A stretch of DNA of 64,000 nt from Candidatus Hydrogenedentota bacterium (lineage in GTDB: Bacteria > Hydrogenedentota > Hydrogenedentia > Hydrogenedentales > SLHB01): assembly GCA_016215105.1 (NCBI GenBank), contig JACRLJ010000056.1, forward strand, positions 2,698-66,697, given 5' to 3'. Shown piece after piece: positions 32,295 to 42,399 of this stretch. The position numbers were made by a program, and so were the translations under genes. How positions within the stretch are numbered: position 1 is the stretch's first letter; every line of letters starts with the position of its first letter. The notes under the pieces were generated by a model. That model ran no database searches. It worked only from the letters and a program-made list of their open reading frames with translations, and was not told the origin of the DNA.

Positions 32295-33734
32295 CTACTC
32301 GATTTCCTTCCACGCGCGAATATGAAACTCATCTTCAGTTCTGTCCAGGATAGCGCTCACGCACCGGTAAGACTTGGAGCCTTCCAAAGCTCCAAACGAG
32401 CGGGCCTCAAAAACGTCCGACCGCGCCGTGATCCGCATGCACAAGCCTTTGAAAAGTTCCGTGGTCATCCCGTTCACATCCAGCAGGTCCGCGACCGATT
32501 TGTAATGGTCCTTCATCCCGTCCCGTTCGGACACAATTCTGCGCGCGAGGCCTTCGTCAATACCTGGCAGACACGCCAGAACTTCTTCGGATGCGGTGTT
32601 GATATTGACCAGTCCGCGCGTCACATCCTCATCCGCAATTGTCACAAAGTCGGCGACACGTTTGAATGCTGCAGTGTCAAACGCCTTTACGCCCGTGCTC
32701 CGGGTGGTTTGATTCCCCTGGTTCTTACCGGGCGCTGCTTCACCTTTCTTGGAGCCTCCTCTTGATAGGTCTTCGCTAGCGTTCTGTTCCTTGTTTTTGT
32801 CTTCCTTGTCCGTCTCCGGTTTAGACTGCTTAGGACTGCCTTTCCGGGCCGGTTGCCCTTTCTGCTCGACCTTTTCCACTAATTCCACGTCCAGCAACTC
32901 GGCAATAGACCCAAACTTCTTTTTGTCGCGGTAGGCCACGATTGAGTCAGCCTGTTGCTGGTTGATGTCCTTAATCGCTTTGGTGATCTCGTCTGCGCCG
33001 GCCTTGTTCAGTTTGATTCGCGCTTTGTTGTCGAGCGATACCTCGTGGATCGCCGACCAAACCGTGAGATACGCCGACAGCCCAGAGTCCAAGTGACCGT
33101 CTGCGTTGTCGGAAGGCCAACTCCGGTCCCCGTCGTCCTCGTTCGGATCAAGGATGCCGTTGCGGTTTTGGTCCTCGCCGTACAACGTGAATAGCGTGAC
33201 ATTCTCCAGCTTGAGAAGATCGCCCAAATCCTGTATGGGCTCGTGCTGCCGGAGCGCGGCAATGTCCGCCGCCAACGATTCGCTCAATCCGGGTATCTTG
33301 GCCAGGACCGCCGGGTCAGTCGTGCTGACATTGATTTTGGCGCATTCATCGCGCAGGCCATACCGGTGTTGCCCGTCGACGTCCATTCCGGCGTACAGGG
33401 TGTAGGTCCCGTCACCGACGGGCACGTCCCGGTAGTCCGCTTCATCTATCTCTCGTTGTTCAAGAGGCATCGTGATCGCGTTCTTCTCCAACACCATGTC
33501 GGCTATGGCCCGTTCCACTCCGGCCCGCGCGTAAAACAGCGTCTTCGTCTCCTGGCCCAGGGCCGCCGTTACTTGCATGTGCAGATGCGACGCAAACTTC
33601 ATCTCCATGGCCACGACACACAGAATCGTCATCAGCCACAGCACGAACAGCAGCGCCATGCCGTGACACGACTGCCGCTTAGCGCGCCATAATGGGGACG
33701 GTTGTTGAAAAGATCTGTGGGTTTTCGATCTCAT
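32295..33734 (-). CDS. gspK: Minor pseudopilin GspK with helix-hairpin-helix domains
   Basis: G|MALLFVLW, ARAGVE, DECAKIN, VNINTAS...LPGI, ITARSDVF; start uncertain (overlaps gspJ). Confidence 0.85.
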   Translation of the reverse strand: MRSKTHRSFQQPSPLWRAKRQSCHGMALLFVLWLMTILCVVAMEMKFASHLHMQVTAALGQETKTLFYARAGVERAIADMVLEKNAITMPLEQREIDEADYRDVPVGDGTYTLYAGMDVDGQHRYGLRDECAKINVSTTDPAVLAKIPGLSESLAADIAALRQHEPIQDLGDLLKLENVTLFTLYGEDQNRNGILDPNEDDGDRSWPSDNADGHLDSGLSAYLTVWSAIHEVSLDNKARIKLNKAGADEITKAIKDINQQQADSIVAYRDKKKFGSIAELLDVELVEKVEQKGQPARKGSPKQSKPETDKEDKNKEQNASEDLSRGGSKKGEAAPGKNQGNQTTRSTGVKAFDTAAFKRVADFVTIADEDVTRGLVNINTASEEVLACLPGIDEGLARRIVSERDGMKDHYKSVADLLDVNGMTTELFKGLCMRITARSDVFEARSFGALEGSKSYRCVSAILDRTEDEFHIRAWKEIE

Positions 33735-34293
33735 CTTCGTCTTCTACTACGAGCTGTATCCACACCGCAGCGGGAAAGGTCTTGGGTTCGTCCCAGCCGT
33801 CCTTCCACTCGACTCCGTCATAGAACTGCAGGTCCAACTCCGACACGAAAGGACCGGCTAACGTCACTGCGCCGCCTTCGACCGGGTCATCATCCAGTGT
33901 GTTGTCTTCCCGCCGTAGCAGCCACTTGGCGTCCGTGGCAGGATCGTTGTCTATGTAATATCCAACTTCACTCAACTCCCCGGACGGCTCCTCGTGCTGC
34001 TCGACGTGAGGCGGTCCCGCAACGATAAAATCAATCGTATCCGAGTTCTTCCCGTCCGATTGCGCATCGAGCGCAACCATGCGGTAATCGCCTCGCGCCA
34101 CGGCGGCCCGCAGGTCGGCCGCCATCGACTCGAGCGCCAGCTGCCCATGCTCGACCATCGCATCGTAGCGCTTCACCTTGGCCGCTGCGCGCGTGCCCGC
34201 CGTCAATGCCGCAAGGCCACCGGCGACCAAGAGCGCCAGCATCGAAGTCGCGATAAGCAATTCCACCAACGTAAATCCCTTTTGTCCGCGCAT
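33679..34293 (-). CDS. gspJ: Minor pseudopilin GspJ
   Basis: KG|FTLVELLIA, MAADLRAA, FYDGVEWKDGW, PAAVWI. Confidence 0.85.
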   Translation of the reverse strand: MRGQKGFTLVELLIATSMLALLVAGGLAALTAGTRAAAKVKRYDAMVEHGQLALESMAADLRAAVARGDYRMVALDAQSDGKNSDTIDFIVAGPPHVEQHEEPSGELSEVGYYIDNDPATDAKWLLRREDNTLDDDPVEGGAVTLAGPFVSELDLQFYDGVEWKDGWDEPKTFPAAVWIQLVVEDEDEIENPQIFSTTVPIMAR

Positions 34294-34295
34294 GG

Positions 34296-34673
34296 CTACA
34301 TCCGATCCGCAGCCAGCGTCGTGAGTTCGTACTCCTTCGTCTTGCCCCGTTCCGTCCAGCTTACTACTACGCGAAGTTGATATAGTCCCTCTTGGTCGGT
34401 CTCTTCTGCGTCGTACGACCAGGAATGCGAAGGGTAGTTGTCGCCAAAACCGCCGCTATCGGTGGTGTCGGTGAAACCGCCGTCCGCGATTTCTTCTTCG
34501 AGAAGCTCTTGCGCGAGAAATACCGCCTGGGTGTAGCCAAGCGACACCGAAGATGAGCGCAGGCATGCGGCGAATAACTCGAGTACGGCAACAACGCCCA
34601 CGCTGAAGATAGCCACGGCCAGCACCAATTCCAGGAGCGAGTATCCCGCCCGATACTGCCGGCTAGAGTCCAC
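34296..34673 (-). CDS. gspI: Minor pseudopilin GspI
   Basis: AG|YSLLELVLAVAI, AVFLAQ, LRVVVSW. Confidence 0.82.
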   Translation of the reverse strand: MDSSRQYRAGYSLLELVLAVAIFSVGVVAVLELFAACLRSSSVSLGYTQAVFLAQELLEEEIADGGFTDTTDSGGFGDNYPSHSWSYDAEETDQEGLYQLRVVVSWTERGKTKEYELTTLAADRM

Positions 34674-35235
34674 GGCCGGCCTCGTATTGAGTTCGTAGCT
34701 CTCCTGTTACTCCAAAGACCTCTATATCCAACGTCTCGCCTGAAGAATTGGACAGCCGAATGACGACGTCCTCGGCGCCGCCGTTCGCCCGGAAGGTCAC
34801 GATGTCCCATGGCATGCCGCCAGAAACGCTGTAATTCGATTCTGCGCTGCAGTCGACACTCAACGTTGTGCCTTTCGGCAATTCCAGAGACGCCAACGAT
34901 TTCGGAGGACTTGATTGTCCGTCTTCCGTTTCCCGCCAGGGCAAGGTCCCGCCGTAAGCGGTTACCCAGCATCGTCCACCCGCGGAGTCCAGGTTCAACA
35001 TGACCATTCGATGCCGTGTTACGGCGTATGACGACGAGAACTTAATCAAATCGGATAGCTTGCGGCCGGTATCATCAATCCCGGTCCTGCGCATCGCGGA
35101 CGCCACGGCGGGCACGATGAGGGTAGTCAGCAGCGCCATGAGCATCAGCGTGACCATCAGCTCGATCAACGTGAAGCCATCGGCGCAGCAGCGCGGCCGG
35201 CTCGTACTACCTGCTATGTGATTATTACCTGCCAC
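34663..35235 (-). CDS. gspH: Minor pseudopilin GspH
   Basis: DG|FTLIELMV; follows gspG; VTFRANG motif. Confidence 0.8.
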   Translation of the reverse strand: MAGNNHIAGSTSRPRCCADGFTLIELMVTLMLMALLTTLIVPAVASAMRRTGIDDTGRKLSDLIKFSSSYAVTRHRMVMLNLDSAGGRCWVTAYGGTLPWRETEDGQSSPPKSLASLELPKGTTLSVDCSAESNYSVSGGMPWDIVTFRANGGAEDVVIRLSNSSGETLDIEVFGVTGELRTQYEAGRGL

Positions 35236-35677
35236 TGTCGGAGGTGTCCCAACTTACAATATCCGCGTCCACGCCTTCGCCACCTTCTTGCTTGTCTCGC
35301 CCATACGAGCACACTTCATATGGCGCGGAGGAGTGTGTTCCCGGGCAGTCGTATACATACGGTATTCCCCACGGGTCGGCGGGTATCTTCTTCTTCGAGT
35401 ACGGCCCCTTCCACTTAGCGCTGTCACCCTCGGGCGCGGTGAAAAGCGCGTTCAGCCCCTCCTCGGTCGTCGGGTAGCGTCCCATATCGAGATAGAACTG
35501 GTCCAGCAGGCTTTCAATCATGGCGATGTCCGTCTTTGCTACGCCCTGTTTTGCGGTGTCGGATTTGCCGACCACATTCGGCAAGATCGCCGCCGCCAGC
35601 AACGCCAGGATCGCCAAGACAACCATCAATTCGATCAGTGTGAATCCTTCTTTACCGCGGTTGGACCGGCTGGCCAT
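35225..35677 (-). CDS. gspG: Major pseudopilin GspG
   Basis: EG|FTLIELMVV, LDMGRYPTTEEGL, WKGPY, DPWG, SYGRD..EGG...DI; the ORF track's N-terminal extension is spurious. Confidence 0.95.
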   Translation of the reverse strand: MASRSNRGKEGFTLIELMVVLAILALLAAAILPNVVGKSDTAKQGVAKTDIAMIESLLDQFYLDMGRYPTTEEGLNALFTAPEGDSAKWKGPYSKKKIPADPWGIPYVYDCPGTHSSAPYEVCSYGRDKQEGGEGVDADIVSWDTSDSGR

Positions 35678-35688
35678 CAGAAAAGCTC

Positions 35689-36924
35689 CTATTTCAGCAC
35701 CGTACTCAATTGGAAGATGGGTAACAGCATCGCAATGATGATGAACCCGACTACGCTTGCCACAACCAGAATCAGGGCCGGCGCCAGCATGGACGTCATT
35801 ACTTTGGTCGCGGCCGTGGTTTCCCGGTCGAACGCATCCGCAACGCGCAACAACATGTGGTCCAATTGGCCGGATTCCTCGCCCACAGCCACCATTTGCA
35901 CAGAAAGCGGGGGAAAGATCGGTGATTGCCGCATCAATGAAGCCAACGATTCGCCCGAACGGATGCGCGACGAAATGTCCGACACCGCCTTGGCCACGGC
36001 CCGGTTCCCCAAGACTGGCTCGACGATAGTCAAAGCCTCGACGATTGAAACGCCGCCGCGCGTTAGCGTCCCCATCAGCCGCGTGAGCCGCGCCACGGAC
36101 AGCGTGCTGATGAACGTCCCAACCCACGGAATGCGAAGTGACAACTGATCCAAAACGAGCCGGGCCTCGGGATTGCGAAGCACCCATCGTACTCCGAGCG
36201 CCGCCGCCACGACGGCTGCGGCGAGAAACCACCCATAGGCCGCCACAAAGTCGGACAGACCCAGCAGAATTCGGGTAGGCCACGGCAGGCTTTGGCCAAC
36301 GTCCTCAAAGATGATCTTTAGCCTTGGGATGAAGAAGACAATTAACACGATCGCCGATACCACCCCGGCAGCAAGAACCAGTGCGGGATACGCCACCGCC
36401 GCGCGCACTTCCCCCTTGAGCGACTCTTCTTTTTCGAACAGGTCCGACAGCTCCTCCAGGACCGCGTCCAGGGCGCCACCCTGCTCGCCGACCCGCACCA
36501 TACTTGTCATGATGGGCGGAAAGGTTTCCGGATACCGCTCCATCGCGTCGGCAAGAGTGCTTCCGCTTTGCACCGATTCGCAGACCGCAGTCAGCAAGTC
36601 CTTGGCGCGCTGCTCTTGCGCTTGCTCGATCAGGACATTCAGGCCTTTCACCATCGGAACGCCCGACGCGGACAACGTCGCCAACTGCCGGGTGAACGGC
36701 GCAAGGCGGATCAGACGCCGGCGCCACTGAAAGCCCGGTGTACGGCGCGTTTCCGAGGGCGCCTGTTCACGCAAATCGAGGGGGTGCTGCCCCCGGCTCA
36801 AGATTTGCTGGAGCGCTTCCTGACGGCTTGCCGCGGCGACGGTTCCTTTGACCTCGATGGCGCCTTCGGCCAATCCTTTGTACCAAAATGTTGGCAATCC
36901 CGCTACCCCGTTGCCTCCTGCCAT
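35689..36924 (-). CDS. gspF: T2SS inner-membrane platform protein GspF
   Basis: FTRQLATL..SGVP, GEQGGAL, YPA, LPWPT, VGEESGQLD, MLLPIF. Confidence 0.93.
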   Translation of the reverse strand: MAGGNGVAGLPTFWYKGLAEGAIEVKGTVAAASRQEALQQILSRGQHPLDLREQAPSETRRTPGFQWRRRLIRLAPFTRQLATLSASGVPMVKGLNVLIEQAQEQRAKDLLTAVCESVQSGSTLADAMERYPETFPPIMTSMVRVGEQGGALDAVLEELSDLFEKEESLKGEVRAAVAYPALVLAAGVVSAIVLIVFFIPRLKIIFEDVGQSLPWPTRILLGLSDFVAAYGWFLAAAVVAAALGVRWVLRNPEARLVLDQLSLRIPWVGTFISTLSVARLTRLMGTLTRGGVSIVEALTIVEPVLGNRAVAKAVSDISSRIRSGESLASLMRQSPIFPPLSVQMVAVGEESGQLDHMLLRVADAFDRETTAATKVMTSMLAPALILVVASVVGFIIIAMLLPIFQLSTVLK

Positions 36925-37014
36925 GGCGGAAGGCTGTCGGAACCCTTGAGCACACCTGACCTTCCCAGGCGTCTGCCTTGTGACCCGGCGTCAGCGCGGT
37001 CTTGAAGGCCGCGA

Positions 37015-38620
37015 CTACTCCAAACTATCCAGGTTTTCCTCGAGTTGCGTGGCGCGAATGACCTCTTCCGGCGTGCTGACGCCTTCCGCGACTTTCTTCC
37101 ATCCGGCCTGGCGCATCGTCTGCATCTTGGACAGGACCTGCCGCTTCATCACCGACGGCGCGGCTCGCTGCAGGATCAAGTCGCGCAGGTTCTCGTCCAT
37201 AAGCATAAGTTCAAGTATCGCCGTCCGGCCTCGGTAGCCCGTATGGTTGCATTCCGTGCAGCCACGTCCGCGATACAACGTTATCGGTACACCGGCGCCG
37301 AGTTCCTGCCGAATCTGCGCCGTGACCGCCTCTGTCGGAGTCTCCGGTTCCCGGCATGCCGGACATACCTTGCGGATCAACCGCTGCGCCAGCACGCCTC
37401 GCACGGCGCTGGCAATCAAGTACGGCTGAATGCCCATGTCTATCAAGCGGGTTATCGACTCCGGAGCATCATTGGTGTGCAACGAACTCAGTACTAAATG
37501 GCCCGTTAGCGCCGAACGGATCGCTATTTCGGCCGTCTCGCTGTCCCGGATTTCCCCGACCATAATAACGTCCGGATCCTGGCGTACGATGGCGCGCAGG
37601 CCGTTGGCAAACGTCAAACCGCGCTTGGGCCTTACGGGAATCTGGTTGACCCCCTCCAACTGGTACTCGACGGGGTCTTCAATCGTGATAAGTTTGCGCT
37701 CAGATGAGTAAATCGAGGTCAAGGAGGCATAGAGCATCGTGGTCTTGCCGGATCCGGTTGGGCCGCATACCAGAACTATCCCGTGCGGGTTCTTTAGAAG
37801 GCGCTGGTATCGCTTGAGGGTTCCCTCTTCAAATCCCAAGTTATCCAGTCCGAATAGAAACGATGTCTTATCGAGCAAGCGCATAACGACACATTCGCCG
37901 AACAAGGTGGGGATGGTGGCCACGCGCACGTCTACTTCTCGGCCCTCAAAGTCCAGCTCAAAATGGCCATCTTGAGGTACGTAGCGCTCCGCAATATTCA
38001 TGTCCGCCAGGATCTTGATGCGGGAAACGATGGCGTCATGCAGGTGTTTTGGTGGCGACGGCATTTCGTTCAGGATACCGTCAATGCGGTACTTGACCTT
38101 GAGGATGGTGTCGAACGGCTCGATATGAATGTCACTCGCCCGGTCGCGGATGGCCCGCGCAATCACCAGGTTGACGAGATTGACGACGGTCGGTTCGCTG
38201 GCAATTTCCTTGAGATGGCCGATTTGGACCTTGTCCGTGGCTTCTTCGTGTTCGGGCGTCTCGAGATGCTTAATCATCCGTTCCACGGAAAATCCGTAGA
38301 ACTTCTGCATCGCGGCGGCCATATCCGCCTCGCGACAGATTACCCGTTCAATCTCGTTTCCTGTAAGAATGCGGATGTGGTCGGCGGTTTGGAAATCGAG
38401 CGGGTTTTCCATGGCCAGGACGATCCGCCCGTCGACCTGCGATACAGGAATGACCCGCGCCTAGGTGAATGAATCGAATCCCCAGCGTATTGGCCAGCGC
38501 TTGGAGTGCGCTGTCCTCATCGGGCCACCCCAGATCCATCACGCACTTGGCCAGGCCGTCACCGGTGCGGCGGAAGCGGTCCAGCGCCTGGTGAAGCACG
38601 TTATCGGGAAGTTTTTCCAA
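37015..38620 (-). CDS. gspE: T2SS ATPase GspE; apparent deletion/frameshift near 38460
   Basis: ASDIHIEP, PQDG, GPTGSGKTT, TIEDPVEY, RQDPD, GEIRD. N-terminal piece 38620-38461 is out of frame with ARVIPVSQVDGRIVLAMENPLD. Confidence 0.9.
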
Positions 38621-39050
38621 AGACCGTCACCCCTCAGTGTGGAATAGGCCCCAACCCATGGCTCGCGTCTCCCAGTATGCTGCATCGAACGGACCGGGTC
38701 AAACTTCACCCCAAAACCATTACAGAAAGTATGATATCAATGCTTCGTTCAAGAGCCGAATCGATGCAATCCTGGTCGATCTGCGCACTATTCGCAGAGG
38801 ACTCGTCCAATGCGCAGCATTTGGTGCGTCATTGCCGAGACACGCCTCTCTCCGTCAAGGCGAATCGAATACCCCACGTTTCAAGCAACGCAGAGTCTTC
38901 CATCCAAGATGACGCCACACCCCGCCAATAGGTGACAAATATTATCCCCGAAGCCTCCTTTCTGTTCCCTCGTTACATGACTCTGTCCCACGAAATCGAT
39001 CACAATTCGTCTTCGACAGCCAATTCCGAATTCTGTTGGATAGGGCCGTC

Positions 39051-40193
39051 TCACACGCTTGCGCGGGGCGGAATCTCGACTTGGCGTTGCTTGCGATGCG
39101 CGATGTACGCGTATTCCATGAGTTCCGTCAATTGCGTGGCTTCCTCGATCCCAAACGGAATTGTCCCATTGCGCAGTATCGCGTCCACCCACATCTGAAT
39201 GGCGGCGGGCGGCGCCGCGGGTAGTTCCGGAGGCGTGACCCAACCCTTGGATTCAAGCTTGGTAGACTGAATGGTAACGTGCCTATCTTCCGGACCGCCT
39301 ACCACTAGACTGCCTTCGGTGCCCGAAAGCTCGAGTGTGAAGGGGCTGTTTGTCGAAACGAAGCTGGTTTCCGAAACGGCGATGGATTTGTTTTCAAATT
39401 CGATCACCGACACCGCGTTGTCTTCGATCTCGTGGCCGGTCATTGAGGTGAACGTGGACGATATCCGTTTCGGTTGACCGCAAAACCAACGCGACAGGTA
39501 CATCGGATGCGCGCCGAGGTCCATCATCGCGCCGCCACCGCAGGTTTTCGGATCATAGAAATGTGCCGGCAGCCACGCGGCGCTCGCCCCGTTATGCGCA
39601 ACGCGTACCCGCAGTGACGTGAGTTGACCGAGCAGGCCGTCCTGAACCGCCTTGTGCGCATACAGACAGTCCGGGCGAGTGCGATAGGGAAACGAAATGC
39701 AGAACTTTACGTTCGCGGCGCGCACCGCCTTGCCGATGCGGTTGCAGTCTTTCACCGTGAGCGCCAGCACTTTCTCCGTGAAGATGTGTTTTCCCGCCTT
39801 GGCGGCGCCAATCATGATCTCCGGGTGCATGCTCGTCGGGGCCGTGACGCAGATCGCGTCCACGTCCTTACGCGCCAATACGGCGTCAAGGTTGCCCTCG
39901 AACGGAGCTTCCAGTTCCTTTGCCCACTCCTGGCCCCGCGCCGCGTCTTCGTCCCACACGGCGCTGATCTTCACGTCGGGCATTTTCTTCAACGACTGCG
40001 CGTAGCCCTTCGCATGAGGATGCCACTTGCTCAACACGGCCACATTCAACATCGTCTTCGCTCCTTGTGCTTGTTGCGCTACGCTGACGCCATTGGGTTC
40101 TCCGGCCTGGGGAATTACCGCGCCCGCCGCCGCTACGGCCGCGGCCATGCCGGTCTGCGCCAAGAAATCCCTTCTATTCACTTTCATTGACAT
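39051..40193 (-). CDS. Tat-exported Gfo/Idh/MocA-family oxidoreductase
   Basis: NRRDFL, AGKHIFTEK, GGGAMMDLGAH. Confidence 0.88.
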   Translation of the reverse strand: MSMKVNRRDFLAQTGMAAAVAAAGAVIPQAGEPNGVSVAQQAQGAKTMLNVAVLSKWHPHAKGYAQSLKKMPDVKISAVWDEDAARGQEWAKELEAPFEGNLDAVLARKDVDAICVTAPTSMHPEIMIGAAKAGKHIFTEKVLALTVKDCNRIGKAVRAANVKFCISFPYRTRPDCLYAHKAVQDGLLGQLTSLRVRVAHNGASAAWLPAHFYDPKTCGGGAMMDLGAHPMYLSRWFCGQPKRISSTFTSMTGHEIEDNAVSVIEFENKSIAVSETSFVSTNSPFTLELSGTEGSLVVGGPEDRHVTIQSTKLESKGWVTPPELPAAPPAAIQMWVDAILRNGTIPFGIEEATQLTELMEYAYIAHRKQRQVEIPPRASV

Positions 40194-40390
40194 GGGGCGC
40201 TCCTCTTCAAATAGCTTGTCATCATTCCCAGTTTGACACGCAGTATGGTGTTCCCAAGGCGCCGTCCACCAGAAGTGCAATTCGCAAAGCACGGATTATG
40301 CCCCCGGCGCATGCGGGCGCGCAAACAACGAAATGCGCCGTTCCCGCAACCATGGACGACCCCACGGCGCAAACGCCCTGATTCGTTGGC

Positions 40391-40419
40391 TTGACTCGCG
40401 GGCCGGGCTTCCGTATACT
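40391..40419 (+). promoter_or_regulatory. sigma70 promoter of tRNA-Ala (TTGACT-17-TATACT)
   Basis: Near-consensus hexamers with 17-nt spacer, 40 nt upstream of the tRNA. Confidence 0.8.
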
Positions 40420-40458
40420 AAAACCACTTCGGAGACGGCGTCTCCGCAGGCCCTTGAT

Positions 40459-40535
40459 GGGGATGTAGCTCAGTTTGGGAGAGCGCTTGTCTGGCAGACA
40501 AGAGGTCGACGGTTCGATCCCGTTCATCTCCACCA
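40459..40535 (+). tRNA. tRNA-Ala (GGC)
   Basis: Acceptor GGGGATG/CATCTCC with G3:U70, anticodon arm CTTGT-ctGGCag-ACAAG, GGTTCGATCC T-loop, encoded CCA. Confidence 0.96.
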
Positions 40536-40701
40536 ATTTATAACCCCCTCCAAGCATTCAAGTTGTGTGCATCCGACTTGGCTCCAAGTCCGTGGACACT
40601 CGGCTCGCTCCGCAATCTCATTCCTGCTGTGCCGCGACCTGCTGTTGAACCTTTTGCGCGATTCCTGTGTCTGCAATAATGAGACACCGGGAGCGCATTG
40701 C

Positions 40702-41352
40702 ATGATTTCACGGGCAGATCGAATACGAAGCGCGCTGCTGGCACTTCGCTTTCGGCGGGGTGACCGGGCGGCGTTCGAGGATTTGGCCGCGGTGTGGGAG
40801 AAACCCCTTTTCTACTATATTCGGCGGCTGACCCGCAGCGAAGAAGACGCTTGGGACGTGTCGCAGAATCTCTGGGTCTGTGTGTTCCGCAAACTTGGTC
40901 AGTTGCGCGATCCGGATAGTCTGGCGCCGTGGTTGTACCGGATCGCGCGCAACACCGCATTCAATCACTTTCACGCCAACCCCGATTGGGATGCCCTATC
41001 CGGCGTCGACGTTGATGCCATCGAGGACGAGCGGACGCCCTCTGCAAAATTCTCGTCTGCCGACGCCGAAGCCATTCACCATGCGTTGGACCAGCTTCCG
41101 GTTCCACAGCGGGAGGCGCTTACGCTCTTCTTCCTCGAAGAATTCACGCTTCAAGAAATCAGCGCTATTACTGGAGCGGCGGTCGGCACAGTGAAGTCCC
41201 GGCTGTACTACGGCAAACGCGCGCTTCGGGAGATTATCCAAAGGGAGGCGAGCCACAACCGGGAAGACTTCGGTATTGCTTCTTTGCCGGCAACGTCTAC
41301 GCCTCACTCAAAAGACGCCGGCAAAGAAGCTAAAGGAGGGGACTTACCATGA
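40702..41352 (+). CDS. ECF RNA polymerase sigma factor
   Basis: GDRAAFEDL, DAWDVSQ, WLYRIARN, LQEISAITG..VGTVKSRL. Confidence 0.9.
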   Translation: MISRADRIRSALLALRFRRGDRAAFEDLAAVWEKPLFYYIRRLTRSEEDAWDVSQNLWVCVFRKLGQLRDPDSLAPWLYRIARNTAFNHFHANPDWDALSGVDVDAIEDERTPSAKFSSADAEAIHHALDQLPVPQREALTLFFLEEFTLQEISAITGAAVGTVKSRLYYGKRALREIIQREASHNREDFGIASLPATSTPHSKDAGKEAKGGDLP

Positions 41353-41921
41353 ATGACCAGCCGCTCCGTGAACGCCTGTTCGAGCAGGAAACCCGTTCCC
41401 CCGCTCTCGAGGAAAAATTCAGAAAGGAACTACGCGCCATGACGGAACGCAAATTGAAGCCTTTTGAAAGAGTAGTATGGTCCTTCGCGACCGCGCTCGG
41501 CTTATTCTTTGTCGTCTTTTTTGGTTATATCGCGATTACGGCCCCACACGGGTTTCCGCTGCTCGCGCGCCTCGGGTTTGTGGCGGGTTCCGTATTCGGC
41601 GCCGCGTGGGCCGGGCTAAGCATTTGGACTCTTCGGCAGGGTTCAATCAATTGGCTGCGTCACGAAAACGCCGTGCACGGCATCACCTTCGGATTCGTTC
41701 TAATACTCCTCATCCTGTTCCAGATGTTGGGAGGTCAAATGGAAAACAAGACTGGCGCAATTCTCATGGTCTTGAATGGCGCTGTGGCCTTCATGGTCTT
41801 TGGAATACCTGCCCTATTCAACCTCCGCATCAATCGCACCGAAGCTGTGCTGCGCGAACACCTTCTCAAAGTCGAGTTGGAATTGGCGGAACTGGCCGAT
41901 ACAATGCGCAAACTTAAGTAG
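41349..41921 (+). CDS. Four-TM membrane protein, putative anti-sigma factor
   Basis: ATGA overlap with the sigma gene; four hydrophobic helices. Confidence 0.65.
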   Translation: MNDQPLRERLFEQETRSPALEEKFRKELRAMTERKLKPFERVVWSFATALGLFFVVFFGYIAITAPHGFPLLARLGFVAGSVFGAAWAGLSIWTLRQGSINWLRHENAVHGITFGFVLILLILFQMLGGQMENKTGAILMVLNGAVAFMVFGIPALFNLRINRTEAVLREHLLKVELELAELADTMRKLK

Positions 41922-42003
41922 ACGCGGGGAAGTCGGACGCGTTGGACAAGCCGGACGGATCAATTGAGATGGCTCGGGCCGAAGGCGCCCAAGGGAAACT
42001 ACA

Positions 42004-42399
42004 ATGGACATGATGTGGTCTTTGCTCGCGATCGGTTTCGCCGCTGGAATCGCCGGCGGGTTATTTGGGATCGGCGGCGGCGCCATCATGGTCCCCGCCA
42101 TGGTCCTGCTACTCGGCATGAGCCAAAAACTCTCCACTGGCACTTCGCTGATCGCTCAAATCTTCCCCATCGGCGTTCTCGCCGCCATTGTGTACTATCG
42201 CGAAGGCAATGTGAACATTAAGCAGGGTGTTATCCTCGCGGCTGGCCTCATTATTGGCAATCTGCTCGGAGCCTTGTTTGCCAACCAGCCCTATATCAGC
42301 GATCAATTCATGAAGAAGCTCTATGGCGTCTTTCTCTTCGTGATCGGCGCCCGGTACTTATTCTGGGACGTCATTGCCGGGATGTTCCAAAAACAGTGA
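42004..42399 (+). CDS. TauE/SafE (TSUP) family permease, single-repeat form
   Basis: AGGLFGIGGGAIMVP, GTSL. Confidence 0.82.
   Translation: MDMMWSLLAIGFAAGIAGGLFGIGGGAIMVPAMVLLLGMSQKLSTGTSLIAQIFPIGVLAAIVYYREGNVNIKQGVILAAGLIIGNLLGALFANQPYISDQFMKKLYGVFLFVIGARYLFWDVIAGMFQKQ

Noticed and set aside
35678..36283. Long N-terminal extension of GspG in the ORF track
   Set aside because: It is an alternative frame inside gspF; the prepilin motif places the start at 35677
40333..40701. N-terminal extension of the ECF sigma factor
   Set aside because: It runs through the tRNA gene and its promoter; sigma similarity starts near 40702
40570..41960. Short GTCGGAC/GTCCG-like motifs at about 40570-40600 and 41930-41960
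   Set aside because: Too short and degenerate to support a repeat family from this window alone
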